This document shows positions 1-8,855 of a DNA stretch of 64,000 nucleotides, piece after piece. Each line of letters begins with the position of its first letter. The first letter of the stretch is position 1. Made by a program: the position numbers and the translations under genes. The DNA is taken from the NCBI GenBank assembly GCA_021647945.1, contig JAKITT010000008.1, positions 569 to 64,568 on the forward strand. The letters are read 5' to 3'. Origin of the DNA: Candidatus Polarisedimenticolaceae bacterium (lineage in GTDB: Bacteria > Pseudomonadota > Gammaproteobacteria > Chromatiales > Chromatiaceae). Under the pieces are notes generated by a model. It was not told the origin of the DNA. It ran no database searches and was given only the letters and a program-made list of their open reading frames with translations.

Positions 1-1185
1 GATGGGTAGACGGGGCACCTCAATCTGCATGTCGATGCGGTCTAACAGTGGGCCGGAGATCCGATTTCGGTAGCGGCTAACTTGATCCATGCTACAGCGG
101 CAGCGCCCGTTGGGGTCGCCAAGATAGCCGCAGGGACAGGGGTTCATAGCGGCAATGAGTTGGAATTTGGCTGGGAAGTCGGCCTGTCTGGCGGCGCGAG
201 AGATGGTGATTTTGCCGCTCTCCAGTGGCTCACGCAGCACCTCAAGTACACGGCGGTCAAATTCAGGCAGTTCATCGAGAAACAAAACACCATTGTGACT
301 CAAGCTTATTTCGCCCGGTCGTGGATTGCTGCCACCACCGACCAATGCAACACCGGAGCAGGTGTGATGGGGTGATCTAAAGGGGCGCTGCCGCCACTGT
401 TCGATATTAATAGGTCGCCCGCTGATGGAGGCGATAGCAGCCGTTTCGAGTGCCTCTTGCTCGCTCATCTCCGGCAATATGCTTGGCAGGCGGCTGGCTA
501 ACATCGATTTTCCGGTACCGGGTGGGCCGATCATGAGCAGTGAGTGACCACCTGCGGCGGCGATCTCTAAGGCGCGCCGGGCCTGTTGCTGCCCATGTAC
601 ATCGGCTAGGTCGGGTTGAAGGCGCTCAGTCGTTGATGGTTGTGGTGCATCGCCATGGTATGTGGCGAGAGGGGCGGTGCCATTGAGTTCACCGCACACC
701 TCCAATATATGGCTGGCGGGATGGATGGTTAACCCCTTCACCAGCGCTGCCTCGGCGGCATTGGTCAGAGGCAGAATGAGGGCGCGACCACTGTTTCGTG
801 CGGCCAGAGCCAGTGGCAGGATGCCCTGTACAGGTCTCAAGTCACCTGATAGGGCCAACTCACCGATAAACTCATAACGACTCAGTGGCTCTTTGGGCAG
901 TTGCCCCGAAGCGGCAAGAATGCCGATGGCGATGGCGAGATCAAAACGGCCGCCCTCTTTGGGCAGGTCTGCGGGTGCGAGATTGATGGTGGTGCGTCTG
1001 GGAGGAAACTCAAAGAGGCTGGTGAGTAGTGCGCCGCGGACGCGATCTTTGCTCTCCCGAACGGCCATTTCAGGTAGGCCGACAATGGAGAGTGAGGGGA
1101 GGCCATTGGCTAGATGCACCTCAACGGTGACCAGTGGTGCATCGACACCTTCGCTGGCGCGGCTATAGGTGACCGCGAGTGACAT
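1..1185 (-). CDS. comM: Mg-chelatase-like AAA+ protein ComM/YifB. The C-terminus runs off the window, so it has no in-window stop and is absent from the supplied ORF track.
   Basis: My own minus-strand translation from the ATG at 1185 gives [56 protein letters not shown]... It stays in frame to position 1 (...[46 protein letters not shown]). A Walker A motif, GPPGTGKS, is encoded near 505-535. This architecture is typical of YifB/ComM. Confidence 0.85.
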   Translation of the reverse strand, partial: MSLAVTYSRASEGVDAPLVTVEVHLANGLPSLSIVGLPEMAVRESKDRVRGALLTSLFEFPPRRTTINLAPADLPKEGGRFDLAIAIGILAASGQLPKEPLSRYEFIGELALSGDLRPVQGILPLALAARNSGRALILPLTNAAEAALVKGLTIHPASHILEVCGELNGTAPLATYHGDAPQPSTTERLQPDLADVHGQQQARRALEIAAAGGHSLLMIGPPGTGKSMLASRLPSILPEMSEQEALETAAIASISGRPINIEQWRQRPFRSPHHTCSGVALVGGGSNPRPGEISLSHNGVLFLDELPEFDRRVLEVLREPLESGKITISRAARQADFPAKFQLIAAMNPCPCGYLGDPNGRCRCSMDQVSRYRNRISGPLLDRIDMQIEVPRLPI

Positions 1186-1217
1186 TTAAACCATCCATGG
1201 CAGAGTAATTCCGTTGC

Positions 1218-1481
1218 TTATTTGTTGGTCGCTGTACCGCTTAATGTCTGTTCAAGCTCCGCCACATCTTTTTCCAGCTTTTCCAGCTTCTCTCGGGTGC
1301 GTGCGAGGACGGCGCTCTGCACATCAAAATCATTTCGAGTCACTAGATCAAGTTTTGAGAGGTTGGCTTCAAGCGTGGCCCGTAGGTTGCGTTTCAGATC
1401 ATCCTGCAATAGCTGAATGCCTGAGGGCACGCTTCCGGCGAGTTGCGCGGCTAAATCATCGAGTAGTTTTGCATCAATCAT
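1218..1481 (-). CDS. ubiK: Ubiquinone biosynthesis accessory factor UbiK (YqiC/BMFP family)
   Basis: 87-aa coiled-coil protein. The KLDLVTRNDFDVQSAVLARTREKLEKLE core is characteristic of the YqiC/UbiK family. Confidence 0.8.
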   Translation of the reverse strand: MIDAKLLDDLAAQLAGSVPSGIQLLQDDLKRNLRATLEANLSKLDLVTRNDFDVQSAVLARTREKLEKLEKDVAELEQTLSGTATNK

Positions 1482-1675
1482 AAGGGGTGAAGATACCAGA
1501 CTGAGAGGGCTTGTCTACTTCTGAATCAGATGGCTGTTGATGAGTGGTATCGGCAAAAGACACGCGCTATTTTGGTGCGTTGTCTCACTGATGTAGGGCA
1601 TATGGTGTTATGTGGTTTTTCAGTGCACGGAAGAAAATTCTCTTATCTTGTTGTTATAGAAGGGGATTTGTAGTT

Positions 1676-1691
1676 TGGCATGTGCTGTGCA
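1676..1691 (+). promoter_or_regulatory. Putative sigma-54 (-24/-12) promoter for glnK-amtB
   Basis: TGGCATGTGCTGTGCA has GG (1677-1678) and GC (1689-1690) separated by exactly 10 nt, as in the TGGCAC-N5-TTGCA consensus. It lies about 55 nt upstream of the glnK ATG. glnK-amtB operons are classically NtrC/sigma-54 dependent. Confidence 0.55.
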
Positions 1692-1746
1692 AAGGGAGGT
1701 GTAATTGGCCACTGTAGCCAGCGATTTTGCATAGGAGAGAAGAGAG

Positions 1747-2085
1747 ATGAAATTAGTTTCCGCTGTTATTAAGCCCTTTAAATTGGATGATGTGCGTGAG
1801 CGCCTTTCAGAAATTGGTATCACCGGTATTACCGTTGCTGAGGTCAAAGGTTTTGGCCGCCAGAAGGGGCATACCGAACTCTATCGTGGTGCTGAGTATG
1901 TGGTTGATTTTCTGCCAAAAATTAAGGTTGAGATTGCCGTTGATGACGCGCTGCTTGAGCAGACCATTGAGGCGATAACCGTTGCGGCTAAGACCGGCAA
2001 GATTGGTGATGGCAAGATTTTTGTCTACGAGCTACAGCATGTAGTGCGTATCCGTACCGGTGAGACAGGTGCTGAAGCGCTCTAA
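1747..2085 (+). CDS. glnK: Nitrogen regulatory protein P-II (GlnK type)
   Basis: 112 aa, [20 protein letters not shown]..., with the T-loop [17 protein letters not shown] containing Tyr51. It sits immediately upstream of amtB. Confidence 0.95.
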   Translation: MKLVSAVIKPFKLDDVRERLSEIGITGITVAEVKGFGRQKGHTELYRGAEYVVDFLPKIKVEIAVDDALLEQTIEAITVAAKTGKIGDGKIFVYELQHVVRIRTGETGAEAL

Positions 2086-2121
2086 CGGCCGCAGCCAATA
2101 ACTTAATTTTAGGAGAAAATT

Positions 2122-3384
2122 GTGGATGAAATAATTCAACTCGCTTATGCATTAGATACCTTCTATTTTCTAATGTCAGGTGCACTGGTCATGTGGATGG
2201 CTGCCGGATTTGCCATGCTTGAGGCGGGTCTTGTCCGTGGTAAAAATACGGTTGAGATTCTGACCAAAAATGTGGCGCTGTTTGCCATCGCTTGCATCAT
2301 GTACCTCTTGGTGGGGTACGGCATTATGTACCCGGCTGATGGCAATGGTGTTATCCCCTATATTGATCTGAGCTTTATGTTTGGTGGTGATCATGCCACT
2401 GCCGATGTACTAGCGAGTAAAGGTGAGACCTACTACTCCAAAATGTCAGACTTCTTCTTTCAGGTGGTCTTTGTAGCGACTGCTATGTCGATCATCTCGG
2501 GTGCGGTTGCCGAGCGTATGAAACTCTGGTCATTCCTCGCCTTTGCCGTGGTGATGACGGGCCTGATCTATCCACTACAGGGTTACTGGAAATGGGGTGG
2601 GGGGTTTCTTGATGCTGCTGGCTTTAGCGATTTTGCCGGATCGGGTGTGGTTCATCTTTGTGGTGCATCGGCTGCATTGGCGGGTGTATTACTGCTAGGT
2701 GCGCGTAAAGGCAAATATGGTGAGGATGGTTCGATTCGGGCTATACCAGGTGCCAATATGCCACTAGCTACGCTAGGTACCTTTATTCTCTGGCTGGGTT
2801 GGTTCGGTTTCAATGGCGGCTCAGAGCTTAAGCTCTCCAACATTGAAGAGGCAAATGCCGTTGCGTTGATCTTTGTAAACACCAATGCAGCAGCAGCGGG
2901 TGGTGTGATTGCCGCACTGTTGGCTGCTCGTGCCATCTTTGGTAAAGCCGATCTAACCATGACATTAAATGGTGCATTGGCCGGTTTGGTTGCCATCACC
3001 GCTGAACCATTAGCGCCTAGCCCTATTTGGGCCACAATTGTCGGTATGATCGGTGGTGTCATCGTCGTTTTTGCCATTCTTGGTCTTGATAAGCTGAAAA
3101 TTGATGATCCTGTTGGTGCCATTTCCGTTCATGGTGTGGTGGGCACCTGGGGTTTGCTCGCTGTGCCACTGTCGAACAGTGAGGCCACCTTTGGTGCACA
3201 GCTACTCGGTCTAGCCGTTATTTTTGCATGGACCTTTGGGGCCAGTTTTGCTACTTGGTTCATCATTAAAAAGGTCTTTGGTATCCGCGTCACGAAAGAG
3301 GAGGAGTACAATGGTGTTGATATCAGCGAGTGTGGGATTGAGGCCTATCCAGAGTTTACGGGTGGTCGAAGTCCTGGCATGTAA
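2122..3384 (+). CDS. amtB: Ammonium transporter AmtB
   Basis: 420-aa polytopic membrane protein with Amt signatures (AGFAMLEAGLVR, FAGSGVVHL, DDPVGAISVHGVVGTWG). GTG start with an AGGAG RBS at 2111-2115. Confidence 0.95.
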   Translation: MDEIIQLAYALDTFYFLMSGALVMWMAAGFAMLEAGLVRGKNTVEILTKNVALFAIACIMYLLVGYGIMYPADGNGVIPYIDLSFMFGGDHATADVLASKGETYYSKMSDFFFQVVFVATAMSIISGAVAERMKLWSFLAFAVVMTGLIYPLQGYWKWGGGFLDAAGFSDFAGSGVVHLCGASAALAGVLLLGARKGKYGEDGSIRAIPGANMPLATLGTFILWLGWFGFNGGSELKLSNIEEANAVALIFVNTNAAAAGGVIAALLAARAIFGKADLTMTLNGALAGLVAITAEPLAPSPIWATIVGMIGGVIVVFAILGLDKLKIDDPVGAISVHGVVGTWGLLAVPLSNSEATFGAQLLGLAVIFAWTFGASFATWFIIKKVFGIRVTKEEEYNGVDISECGIEAYPEFTGGRSPGM

Positions 3385-3411
3385 TCAACCCCCACGTATG
3401 TGAACTATTCA

Positions 3412-3438
3412 ACGGGTGCTTCGGCACCCGTTTTTTTT
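3412..3438 (+). terminator. Rho-independent terminator after amtB
   Basis: The ACGGGTGC-TTCG-GCACCCGT hairpin is followed by an 8-T run. Confidence 0.85.
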
Positions 3439-3486
3439 GCGCTATATTAGGAGGTATAATCTTTATTTGGGGGAAAGGGTGGTCGT

Positions 3487-3933
3487 GTGGCAAGGTTTTT
3501 TGTGATCGTACTACTGACGCTATTTAGCGGCGTGCTTTGTAGTGCGGTCTATCGCTGGACAGATGCGGACGGCAAGGTACACTTTACAGACCGGCCCGTA
3601 GAAAATGCCGAGCAGATGCGACTTAAAGTCTCACCCATAACAGTTAGGCCGCCTGCAAAGTTGGCTGTTGAGAGAAAACAGCTACAACAGCGACTGTTGG
3701 ATGTTTTTCGTGAAGAGCGAGAAGAGAGAGAAAAACGTCGGAATGAGCAGAAAATAGAGCGCAAAAAAAGCAAGCAGAAGTGCCTAAAGGCGAAGAGTGA
3801 GCTTGTGAAATATCGAGATTCAAGAGCGATCTACAGCACGACAGATCGCGGTGAACGAGAGTACTACTCACTAGAGAGACGTAAGAAATATATTGAACAC
3901 CTAAAGAGCAGGGTTGCTAAGTGGTGTGGTTAG
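3487..3933 (+). CDS. DUF4124-like secreted protein with a basic coiled-coil tail
   Basis: Signal peptide, then YRWTDADGKVHFTDRP, the hallmark of DUF4124. The rest is K/R/E-rich. Confidence 0.65.
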   Translation: MARFFVIVLLTLFSGVLCSAVYRWTDADGKVHFTDRPVENAEQMRLKVSPITVRPPAKLAVERKQLQQRLLDVFREEREEREKRRNEQKIERKKSKQKCLKAKSELVKYRDSRAIYSTTDRGEREYYSLERRKKYIEHLKSRVAKWCG

Positions 3934-3938
3934 GGTAG

Positions 3939-4985
3939 ATGCAGAAGAGAGATAAAAAAAAGCATAATCAAGCAGCCTCTCATGCGTTGACGTTTGAGTT
4001 CGCGATGGAGATGGCTGATAGATTGACCCTACAGCCAGACTACCTGTCGCTGACGGAAGAGCTGTTAGCACAACTACACATTATACCTACGCTACAGTGT
4101 GCCCGAGTATTTGAGGTGCATAGTGCAACAAAGAGTGTTGATTATAGTGTTGTTTCAACCGATGACTTGATTGTCAGAGAGGTGGTGAATGATCTTGATG
4201 ATCTTCGTCCGTTTAATGACATCGCCTCGCTCAGCCGCTCTATTCAACGAATGAAAACAGGTGCTGACCAGGAGCTACCGACCTCCTTCCAACAGATTCT
4301 CTTACCTGTTCCTGGTGAAAATGGTCAGATGCGTGTTCTGCTAATTGAGGCAGATTATGTCGATGTTGAGTATTGGGGTTTGATCCATTGCTTGCTAAAT
4401 ATCTATCGAAATCAGCTGCTAATATTTGATGAGAAGGAGAGAGATCAGCTGACGGGGCTATATAATCGCCAGACGTTTGATGAAAAACTCTCTCGGGTGA
4501 TGAGTTTCTATCAGAAAAGGGCGGGAATCGCAGGCAGAAATACAGACCATAAAAGCTGGTTGGCTATTCTTGATATTGACCATTTTAAGAAGGTTAATGA
4601 CACTTTTGGTCATCTTATTGGTGACGAGGTTCTGCTGCTGTTTGCTCGAGTTATGGAGCAATCATTTAGACATACGGATATGCTGTTTCGGTATGGTGGT
4701 GAGGAGTTTATTGTCATACTTAATGGCACAGATGATGAGGGGGCACGAGTGGCGTTGGAGCGCTTTCGTTCCTGCGTGGCCAGTTATGCATTCCCTCAAG
4801 TGGGTCGGGTCACCGTCTCAACGGGTTATGTGCAGGTGGAAAAGAGCTATTTGCCGATATCATTAATTGAGCAAGCAGATAAGGCTCTGTACTATGCTAA
4901 GGATCATGGGCGAGACCAAGTCATCTGTTATGACCTTATTGCGGCAGAGGACTCGGCCAAAGAGGGTGATATTGAGTTGTTCTAA
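3939..4985 (+). CDS. Diguanylate cyclase (GGDEF domain) with an unassigned N-terminal half of about 170 aa
   Basis: LTGLYNRQTF, DIDHFKKVNDTFGH, and RYGGEEF preceded by an RxxD I-site (RHTD five residues upstream). Confidence 0.85.
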   Translation: MQKRDKKKHNQAASHALTFEFAMEMADRLTLQPDYLSLTEELLAQLHIIPTLQCARVFEVHSATKSVDYSVVSTDDLIVREVVNDLDDLRPFNDIASLSRSIQRMKTGADQELPTSFQQILLPVPGENGQMRVLLIEADYVDVEYWGLIHCLLNIYRNQLLIFDEKERDQLTGLYNRQTFDEKLSRVMSFYQKRAGIAGRNTDHKSWLAILDIDHFKKVNDTFGHLIGDEVLLLFARVMEQSFRHTDMLFRYGGEEFIVILNGTDDEGARVALERFRSCVASYAFPQVGRVTVSTGYVQVEKSYLPISLIEQADKALYYAKDHGRDQVICYDLIAAEDSAKEGDIELF

Positions 4986-5031
4986 AATAAGCAGACTTAA
5001 GATAGATATTTCCTAGTCGTACTGAAAGGTT

Positions 5032-6144
5032 TTGGTGGAACGCATGGATGAAAAAAAACGTATTCTTGTAGTTGATGATGAGCAGTTTAATGTAGCCATC
5101 CTTGAAGAGCTACTGGAAGATGAGGGATTTGAGGTCACGCCTGCGTACAGTGGCGAGTCCGCCATTGAAGCATTTGAAGAGTGCCATCCGCATCTGGTTT
5201 TACTGGATGTGATGATGCCAGGGATTGATGGCTATGAGACCTGTCGCCGGCTCCGAGAGTCTGGCCATAGCCAGATACCCGTAGTCTTCCTCTCTGCCAA
5301 AGCCTATCTAGAGGATAAACTCAAGGGCTACCAAGCGGGGGGTGATGACTACATTACAAAGCCCTTTACCAACGAAGAACTTATCGCAAAAGTGACGGTG
5401 CTGCTGAATAAAAAGCAGCAGCTTGAGCAGCTTAAGCAGAGCAGTGACGAGGCGACATCACTCGCCTACTCCTTGATGAGCACCTCATCCAAGGTTGGTT
5501 TCATTGGTCGATTTGTCAGTGAGAGCATGCGCTGTAAGGATGTTTCCTCCTTATGCACACTCTTTTTTAAAACTACGCAAGAGGGGTTTGGCATGCACGG
5601 CTTGATCCGCGTGGTCGCGGATGATGGCATCCATCTCTATAGTGATGATGGCGATATTCGTGCGTTGGATAGGGAGATTTTAGAGAGCTGTCGAGCAGAG
5701 GCTAGAATCACTCAGTTTGGTAATGATCGTGCCCTATTTTCATGGGGTGATGTGACGCTGTTAGTGCGTAATCTGCGTGAAGATGTCGATACACTCGCTA
5801 TCCTGTTGGACGGCTTCTGCAGTAGTCTGAATACCATTCAGTCGAGAAATGAGATGTTGCGGCTGGTTGATGATTTTCGTGAGAAAAATTTGTCATTAAA
5901 ACAACAGGCTATGAAGCTGCTGGATGAACTCACTGATGATCTAAGAGAACTATTTATCCATAGTGGGTCGCACTCAAATATTTCAGAAGAGGAAGAGGAG
6001 GCGTTGGTGACCGTCGTGGACAAGACCAGTGATCGCTTGGATAAACTGTTGGTTGAAGGTGAGGTAATGGAAGGACAGTTGGCTGCCGCACTGCAAAGAA
6101 TGGAGGTCGCTGAGTCGACTGAGGAGGAACCAGAGCTCTTCTAA
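5032..6144 (+). CDS. Response regulator (CheY-like receiver) with an unassigned C-terminal domain of about 240 aa
   Basis: ILVVDDEQFN...LVLLDVMMPGIDG...SAK...KPF receiver signatures. The C-terminal part has no motif I can name. An alternative ATG start lies at 5044. Confidence 0.8.
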   Translation: MVERMDEKKRILVVDDEQFNVAILEELLEDEGFEVTPAYSGESAIEAFEECHPHLVLLDVMMPGIDGYETCRRLRESGHSQIPVVFLSAKAYLEDKLKGYQAGGDDYITKPFTNEELIAKVTVLLNKKQQLEQLKQSSDEATSLAYSLMSTSSKVGFIGRFVSESMRCKDVSSLCTLFFKTTQEGFGMHGLIRVVADDGIHLYSDDGDIRALDREILESCRAEARITQFGNDRALFSWGDVTLLVRNLREDVDTLAILLDGFCSSLNTIQSRNEMLRLVDDFREKNLSLKQQAMKLLDELTDDLRELFIHSGSHSNISEEEEEALVTVVDKTSDRLDKLLVEGEVMEGQLAAALQRMEVAESTEEEPELF

Positions 6145-6731
6145 TCGACCTCTCTATTGCGGTGATGCAGATTGACGTGCCTCCTAGCCGTGCTAAATCT
6201 GTGATAAAAAGCCCTGAAAAATTTTGTTAGATTGATTTTCTCGAGCACCTAAGTTGCTCTCATTTTCTTCCGTTATCCCGCGCTATTCTGGACAAGATCT
6301 TCTCCCCCTTTGTCTCACTTGTAAATCTTAAATAGCAGCCCAAATAACCGCATTTTTAGTGGGGTAATGTGCGGTTGAACAGATGATTTTTCTTTATGCG
6401 AAGTTATGAAAAAAAACTTTAATCATCGACCATATCAAATCGCATAAAAAACACCTCGTGGTAATGTGTGCTCTATCCTGTTGTTTTTAATGACTAATAG
6501 TGAATTTTGATTTGTTTTTAAAATTACTGTTGGGATAGTCAAGAGCCAATACCCGACTATTTCCCTATGTTGTACGGGGTTGAACTTTGTGCAATATTTC
6601 ATGCCGCTCTGCCAGATCGTAGTTGAGGGGTTGAAAAATCATCTCCTCAGCTCTGGTAAGAAAAGCACCAGTTTTTAACAGCTGCTTTAGGCAGGATTTT
6701 GCAAGACAGCTGCAATAGAGGTAGATCGGGT

Positions 6732-7124
6732 ATGTTAATTGAACCGCAAGGTCAGAGCCTGACCGCGATACAAGAGCTAGAGCGGTCGACAGGTGAGAAG
6801 ATCACCGACTGCTATCAGTGCGGAAAATGTACCGCAGGTTGTCCAGCCTCAATGGATCCGCCGCCAAGCGTGCTTATCCGTAAGCTTCAGCTGGGCATGT
6901 TTGATGAGGTGGTGAGCGAACAGTCAATCTGGTCATGTATGGCCTGCCTAACCTGTTCTGAGCGCTGCCCTAAGGGTGTCAGTCCCGCTGCCATTATTGA
7001 GGGGCTAAAGCTCATCCATCTCCGCGACATGGACCCACAGGTTCAGGCCGAAGAGCTGGGGCAAGAGTTCCTGGCCCAATCGACCCAACAAGCCGTTGTC
7101 AGCGGCTTCCGGAAATTCATCTGA
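6732..7124 (+). CDS. hdrC: HdrC-like iron-sulfur subunit (two 4Fe-4S motifs)
   Basis: CYQCGKCTAGCP and CMACLTCSERCP motifs. The track ORF starts at TTG 6699; I prefer the ATG at 6732, but the start is uncertain. Confidence 0.75.
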   Translation: MLIEPQGQSLTAIQELERSTGEKITDCYQCGKCTAGCPASMDPPPSVLIRKLQLGMFDEVVSEQSIWSCMACLTCSERCPKGVSPAAIIEGLKLIHLRDMDPQVQAEELGQEFLAQSTQQAVVSGFRKFI

Positions 7125-7133
7125 GGAGTATGC

Positions 7134-8048
7134 ATGTCATCCGAAGGTAACATCCGAGTCCCTTATTACCCAGGCTGCACCTTGAAGACTAAGGCGCAGG
7201 GGTTTGAGCGCTCCGCCATGGAGTGCTCTGAGGCACTTGGTTTCGTATTGGATGAGCTGAAGGATTGGAACTGCTGCGGCGCCTCCTTCCCGCTCACAAA
7301 AGATAATCTGATGGGGCTGGCTGGTCCGACTAATGTATTGATCGAGGCCGAAAAGCACTGTCAGGAGCATAATGTCGCCCCAAGTGTCGTGACGCTCTGC
7401 TCCTTCTGCTACAACACGCTGAAGCGCACCTCGCATGCCTTTAAGGAAGATCCGAGCAAACGTACCACGCTGAACGCCTTTCTTGAGCGTGACTATCAAG
7501 GCACCATCAAGGTTGAACACTACCTTGAGTACCTGCGCGACACATATGGTTTTGACAAGCTTGCTGAGCAGGTCAAGGTTGATATGAGCAGCATTCGGGT
7601 CGCCCCTTACTACGGCTGTCTGTTGTTGAAGCCGGGTAAAGAGATTGGTCTGGATGACCCAGAAGAGCCCACCATCCTGCACGATTTCCTTGATGCGATC
7701 GGCGTCACCGTTGTCGATTTCCCCGCTCAGGTGGATTGTTGTGGTTCCTACCTCGTGATGCGCGAGCCAGAGAAGGCGATGAACCTCTCCTCAGGCATTC
7801 TCGATGAGGCGGGTGAGTATGGTGCGCAAGCGCTTGTCACGGCCTGTCCATTATGTCAGTCCAATCTGGATAAATGTCAGCGCAGCAAAACATCGACAAA
7901 AGATGGCCTGCCCGTCCTCTATTTCACTCAGTTGTTAGCCATGGCACTTGGGCTAAGCACTGAAAATCATCAGTTTGAAGATCACCAGATCGATCCTCGG
8001 CCTGTTATCACAGCCTGCGGCATCGGTTGCAGCGAAAAAAGCGAATAG
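7134..8048 (+). CDS. hdrB: HdrB-like subunit with two CCG domains
   Basis: Two complete Cx(n)CCGx(m)CxxC units: YYPGC...NCCGAS...LCSFCYNTL and YYGC...DCCGSY...ACPLCQSNL. GAGGAG RBS upstream. Confidence 0.85.
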   Translation: MSSEGNIRVPYYPGCTLKTKAQGFERSAMECSEALGFVLDELKDWNCCGASFPLTKDNLMGLAGPTNVLIEAEKHCQEHNVAPSVVTLCSFCYNTLKRTSHAFKEDPSKRTTLNAFLERDYQGTIKVEHYLEYLRDTYGFDKLAEQVKVDMSSIRVAPYYGCLLLKPGKEIGLDDPEEPTILHDFLDAIGVTVVDFPAQVDCCGSYLVMREPEKAMNLSSGILDEAGEYGAQALVTACPLCQSNLDKCQRSKTSTKDGLPVLYFTQLLAMALGLSTENHQFEDHQIDPRPVITACGIGCSEKSE

Positions 8049-8058
8049 GAGTCAGCCT

Positions 8059-8844
8059 GTGGAAACAAGCTCTCAAGATAAACCCATGATGACCGGTGAC
8101 CGCACCATCCCGCCAGAGGGTGCGCGTTACATCACTATATATATTATGGGACAGGCTTATGAAATACCTGAAACCCTAACCATCCTCAAGGCACTAGAGT
8201 TTGCCGGATTCCAATACAAACGCGGTTGCGGTTGTCGTGGCGGAATCTGTGGCGCTTGTGGCACCTTCTATCGTAAAGAGGGTGACCATACCCTGTTTAC
8301 CGGCCTCGCCTGCCAAACGGTCGCTGAAGATGGCATGATCCTGGCTCAACTCCCCTTCTTCCCCGCAAATCGGGCAGATCATGCGGGTGTTGATATGGAT
8401 CTCTCTCCCGATGAGCAGATCAATACTCTCTACCCAGAGATCTTCCGTTGTGTCGGTTGTGGAACCTGTACCCGCACCTGCCCTATGGATATCGATGTGA
8501 TGGGATACATTGCCCACTTCAAACGGGGTGATGTGGCACGCGGTGCTAAGACCTCCTTTGATTGCATCATGTGTGGACTCTGTGTCAGCCGCTGCCCTGC
8601 AAACATCTCGCAGATGAATGTAGCCATGGCAGGTCGTCGCATCTATGCCGCGCAGATGATGCCACGCTCGGAGGCCACCAAGAGCCGTGCCGATCAGGTA
8701 CGCGAAGGGCGCTACGAGCCAGCACTGGCCGAATTGGCTCAGATGAGCAAAGAGGAGCTGAAAGAGCTCTACGTCGGTCGCGAACGCGAACCTGATCTCT
8801 CCAAGCCAGGCGAGTGGATGCCGGCTGATACGACTAACTTATAA
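8059..8844 (+). CDS. frdB: Succinate dehydrogenase/fumarate reductase iron-sulfur subunit-like protein (FrdB-like)
   Basis: N-terminal 2Fe-2S pattern (CGCRGGICGACG...C) followed by CVGCGTCTRTCP and CIMCGLCVSRCP. I place the start at GTG 8059 (AGGAG at 8047-8051, 7-nt spacer). The track start at 7975 would overlap hdrB by 74 nt. Confidence 0.75.
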   Translation: METSSQDKPMMTGDRTIPPEGARYITIYIMGQAYEIPETLTILKALEFAGFQYKRGCGCRGGICGACGTFYRKEGDHTLFTGLACQTVAEDGMILAQLPFFPANRADHAGVDMDLSPDEQINTLYPEIFRCVGCGTCTRTCPMDIDVMGYIAHFKRGDVARGAKTSFDCIMCGLCVSRCPANISQMNVAMAGRRIYAAQMMPRSEATKSRADQVREGRYEPALAELAQMSKEELKELYVGREREPDLSKPGEWMPADTTNL

Positions 8845-8855
8845 AGGGTAAACCC

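Noticed and set aside
2652-3122. Long antisense ORFs inside well-supported genes: 2652-3122, 7137-7682, 14415-14774, 17168-17623, 42322-42888, 45462-45956, 52804-53202
   Set aside because: Each lies opposite a gene with clear family signatures, is rich in Arg/Ser/Pro/Ala, and lacks motifs. These are typical shadow ORFs of GC-rich coding DNA.
7975-8058. Upstream extension of the FrdB-like ORF as given in the track
   Set aside because: It would overlap hdrB by 74 nt. A GTG at 8059 with a well-spaced AGGAG RBS gives a compact junction like the other junctions in the operon.
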